64,000 nucleotides of DNA from Oopsacas minuta (Eukaryota; Animalia; Porifera): the NCBI GenBank assembly GCA_024704765.1, contig JAKMXF010000006.1, forward strand, positions 1 to 64,000, in the 5' to 3' direction. Numbering within the stretch: the stretch's first letter is position 1; the number at the start of each line of letters is the position of its first letter. Positions 61,130 through 64,000 of the stretch are shown piece by piece. Under the pieces are notes generated by a model. The model had not been told where the DNA came from. It made no database searches and was given only the letters and a program-made list of their open reading frames with translations. Position numbers and translations under genes: made by a program.

Positions 61130-61957
61130 TTATTTCGTACATATACACACGCAACCAATTATCACACCAATACAGCAAATAACTATTGAGCAGGGGAGTA
61201 CACACGCTAGTATAGATGCTAGACAGATCCAAACCTCGGAGCAATTTGTGATAACTGAAGGTGCATCGTTATCATTTGTAGTCTTCGGATATGTAGATTG
61301 ACGACTAAGTCTATCTGAGTAAGGACTGTAAGTGTTTTGCGAGGAAATATTCTTGATAACAGGAGGATATCTGTCTACTTCGTCATCAATATCGAATTTC
61401 AATTGTAAACGCGGATTAGTGACTGGGGAAGAATTGCGTATTCCCATATTGGCTTGCAATGAATCATACTGAGGTGGTCGAGAAATGAGTGGTTCTTGTC
61501 CCTCGTAACTATCTTTCACATATTCAATAGTTACAACTTCAGAAGGTATGCATTTTAAAAATACTACTTCTTGGTAAGCACAAGCGAATCTTTTTTGTAC
61601 CTCGTTTTCTAAGAAATAATTACGATTGTTATCGTTTGTTAGGTCAATTGCAGAATTGGCTATTTCAGGATAGCTTGACTTTATCTTAGAGATGTTAATT
61701 TTCACAATTGTTGTTCTTTTATTTTTGTATTTCTGGGAAGTCTTATCATCAGCTGTTTCAAGCCAATTCTTGGCTTTTGCTAAGCTACTTGTAGTAGAAA
61801 TGTATTGTGAAGGGATTCTTAATCCACTCTGCACGTGTTGAGCTATACTTCTTATAGAAGTTGAATCTTTACATGTTAAATCCTGGTATGGATTTTCATT
61901 AGGTCTTAACACACGATATACATAACGAAAATTGAAATTCTCGAGGCCTAAGGACAT
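61130..61957 (-). CDS. Putative R-S-E clade ADP-ribosyltransferase domain with C-terminal Cys-rich TM anchor
   Basis: YVYR (R15), QYISTTSS (S54), YQEVV (E130) within residues 1-145; low-complexity linker; 34-residue hydrophobic tail with 8 Cys. Confidence 0.75.
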   Translation of the reverse strand: MSLGLENFNFRYVYRVLRPNENPYQDLTCKDSTSIRSIAQHVQSGLRIPSQYISTTSSLAKAKNWLETADDKTSQKYKNKRTTIVKINISKIKSSYPEIANSAIDLTNDNNRNYFLENEVQKRFACAYQEVVFLKCIPSEVVTIEYVKDSYEGQEPLISRPPQYDSLQANMGIRNSSPVTNPRLQLKFDIDDEVDRYPPVIKNISSQNTYSPYSDRLSRQSTYPKTTNDNDAPSVITNCSEVWICLASILACVLPCSIVICCIGVIIGCVCICTK

Positions 61958-63580
61958 GATATCTGGAATAGAGTGTATTTATATGCTAGAATATAATCAA
62001 ATTGCACAGGACCAATATAGATGTTAAGCTCTATGTGTATCAGATTAATATATTTGTAATCCATGATCCATACAAAATATTAGCATGGGCTCCTATCATG
62101 ATAGAGCCACGCAGGAGCTAAAAGATTTGCAGTATTCTATCAAATTGATTTGGTTATCACAATAATGTTATAAAATATGTGCAATATTAGAGAACACAAT
62201 GATATTCTTGCCCCTTTATTGACATTGGGAGCGCTTGCCCCCAGAATCGAGGCTTTGTACGTGTATACCTTGTGTGTCCTACCCAGAGGCTGCGCCAGTC
62301 GGAGAAATTAGTGAACTAGATGGGTTATACAAAACTCAGAGTGCGATGAAAACAACGATATTTATAGTGCCGACTATACTTTAGTATAAAGCTCAGATTG
62401 ATCTTAGTCCCTATATTTTTAACCGTAGACGGTGCACAGTCAAAAGTATTATAGATTAAGGGCTGAAATTGTCAGGGTAGATCGATTATTACCAATCACA
62501 GAATTTATCTAAATAATACCAATGGAATGATTAAAAATGCACCGTATATGTAGTGTTCACGTTACAAATTTCCTTAATTCTACAAACCCCGATATCTCCT
62601 AAACTTAAATACTGTGTAATAATAGAAGATGTTTAATAATACGTATCAAGTAGTAAATTTCCGCAAAAACGAATGGCTGAGTAAGATGGTTCTATTTTGC
62701 TAGAATTCATACATTCAAGCATAAAGGGGCTTACTAATAAGTGAGGGTAACGAGCGAGAAGTAATTTATTAGTTTGAATAGTTTAACTTTGAATTCTACA
62801 TTTGAATTAGCTTCTAACACTTCATCCAGTAGATCCACTACTGTGTCCACAACTCTTCAATATTTCCCTGACACAAGGAAATATCCTGGGGTCTGACTAC
62901 ACCACGGCCCAAACTCCGTCACTGGTCCTACATGAGATATGTTACGTCCTATTTGTAACTCACCTATGGTGGTGAGCTAACCCTGCCTCTGGAAATCTAT
63001 TCTTGTAAGGGATAAACTTAATTGGAAGTAATAGAGGAAAAATTTGAATCTACTAGATTATACAATATGGCAGATCAATAGTATTTCTATTTTATTATGC
63101 ACTTGTTGCATACTTACTGTATATTTGATATATCAGTTTATCCATCGATATCTAGTTACCAATAATTATATTTGTATTTATGAAGGAATTGAGTATACTT
63201 TGTATACTATCCAGTTAATGAACAACCCTTGTAATTGTATGTAGTATTTGTAAATTCTGAGGTTACCATACGTCCCTTTGGTATTATGTCAAGATCTCAT
63301 TATATATATAGGGCTGTAGGACATCATTCCTCACCACATTTAACTTTCCTGGAAATTTTACTGTTTCAATTAATTCTGTCAGTGTCCCAGATCATATCAT
63401 TCTGACCATTCAGAGGGTGGAATAACTCGAAAGGAGGGAGAGTTGTCTGAGAAAACCAAATACGCCATTCATTAATCATATAGGAAGTTATCCACTTCTA
63501 ATTTGCTACACGGCCTCGGAGACCCTTGCTAATTCCAGAAATAATGCCAGCATACCACCATGCAAGCAGAGGCGTAGCCT

Positions 63581-63791
63581 ATAGACCCCAACCTATCATT
63601 TTCCATATACTGGTGGTCATCATACCGTTTTTACGGTTTATTGCAAAATATAGATAAGTGAGGATAATAGTTTCTACGAAAAATATGACGCTAACATAAC
63701 ATAATTTTCATGAATAATTGGAATTTTTACAATTTCGTAATACTAGCTATCGCTACAAATGCTGGCCAAACCACCATTTGGCTGGTCACTT
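63581..63791. repeat. Dispersed repeat, copy 2 (copy 1 at 42432-42623)
   Basis: Shares the blocks listed for 42432-42623, same orientation. Confidence 0.8.
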
Positions 63792-64000
63792 GGGGTGTAT
63801 TGTAGCCAAGTGCCTTCCAGGGCCTGCAGTAGCGCCTAATATTAAAGTCTGAAAGTATTCGTGGGCCTACAGAAGGCCCGCAGCCAAACCTGGCAGGGCC
63901 CTCGTATAAACTGTAGACTTGACTTTAAATTATATGCTCAGTAGTGAGCATGCTCTCAGTCCTTGTGAGCACAGGTACGTCGCCACGGGCGCAGTAGCGT

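Overview
AT-rich eukaryotic DNA from a compact, intron-poor animal genome. The gene content and style recall a sponge such as a hexactinellid; this is inference and was not checked. The left part (1-36 kb) is mostly intact genes: a CHST-like sulfotransferase, DCPS, 3-exon EIF5, two NHL/beta-propeller proteins, an intronless ankyrin-TRP channel, TMEM230-like, a 6-exon 4xFN3 type-I membrane protein, a divergent SLC35B3-like transporter, and a 1298-aa PH-like/WW-like/Gly-rich protein. The right part (37-64 kb) is transposon-rich and enriched in defence-type genes and relics: a sea-anemone-toxin-like MACPF, a sulfotransferase pseudogene, a frameshifted chimera of an RNF213-like N-arm with ankyrin repeats and a TRP S1 start, a TRAF-MATH fragment, an NHL tandem pair, tRNA-Asp, hAT and MULE elements with readable TSDs, and a C-terminally anchored toxin-like (R-S-E) ADP-ribosyltransferase. 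Best leads are the ART, the RNF213::ankyrin-TRP chimera, the MACPF toxin homologue and the 1298-aa protein. Family calls are by motif recognition only; no searches were run.
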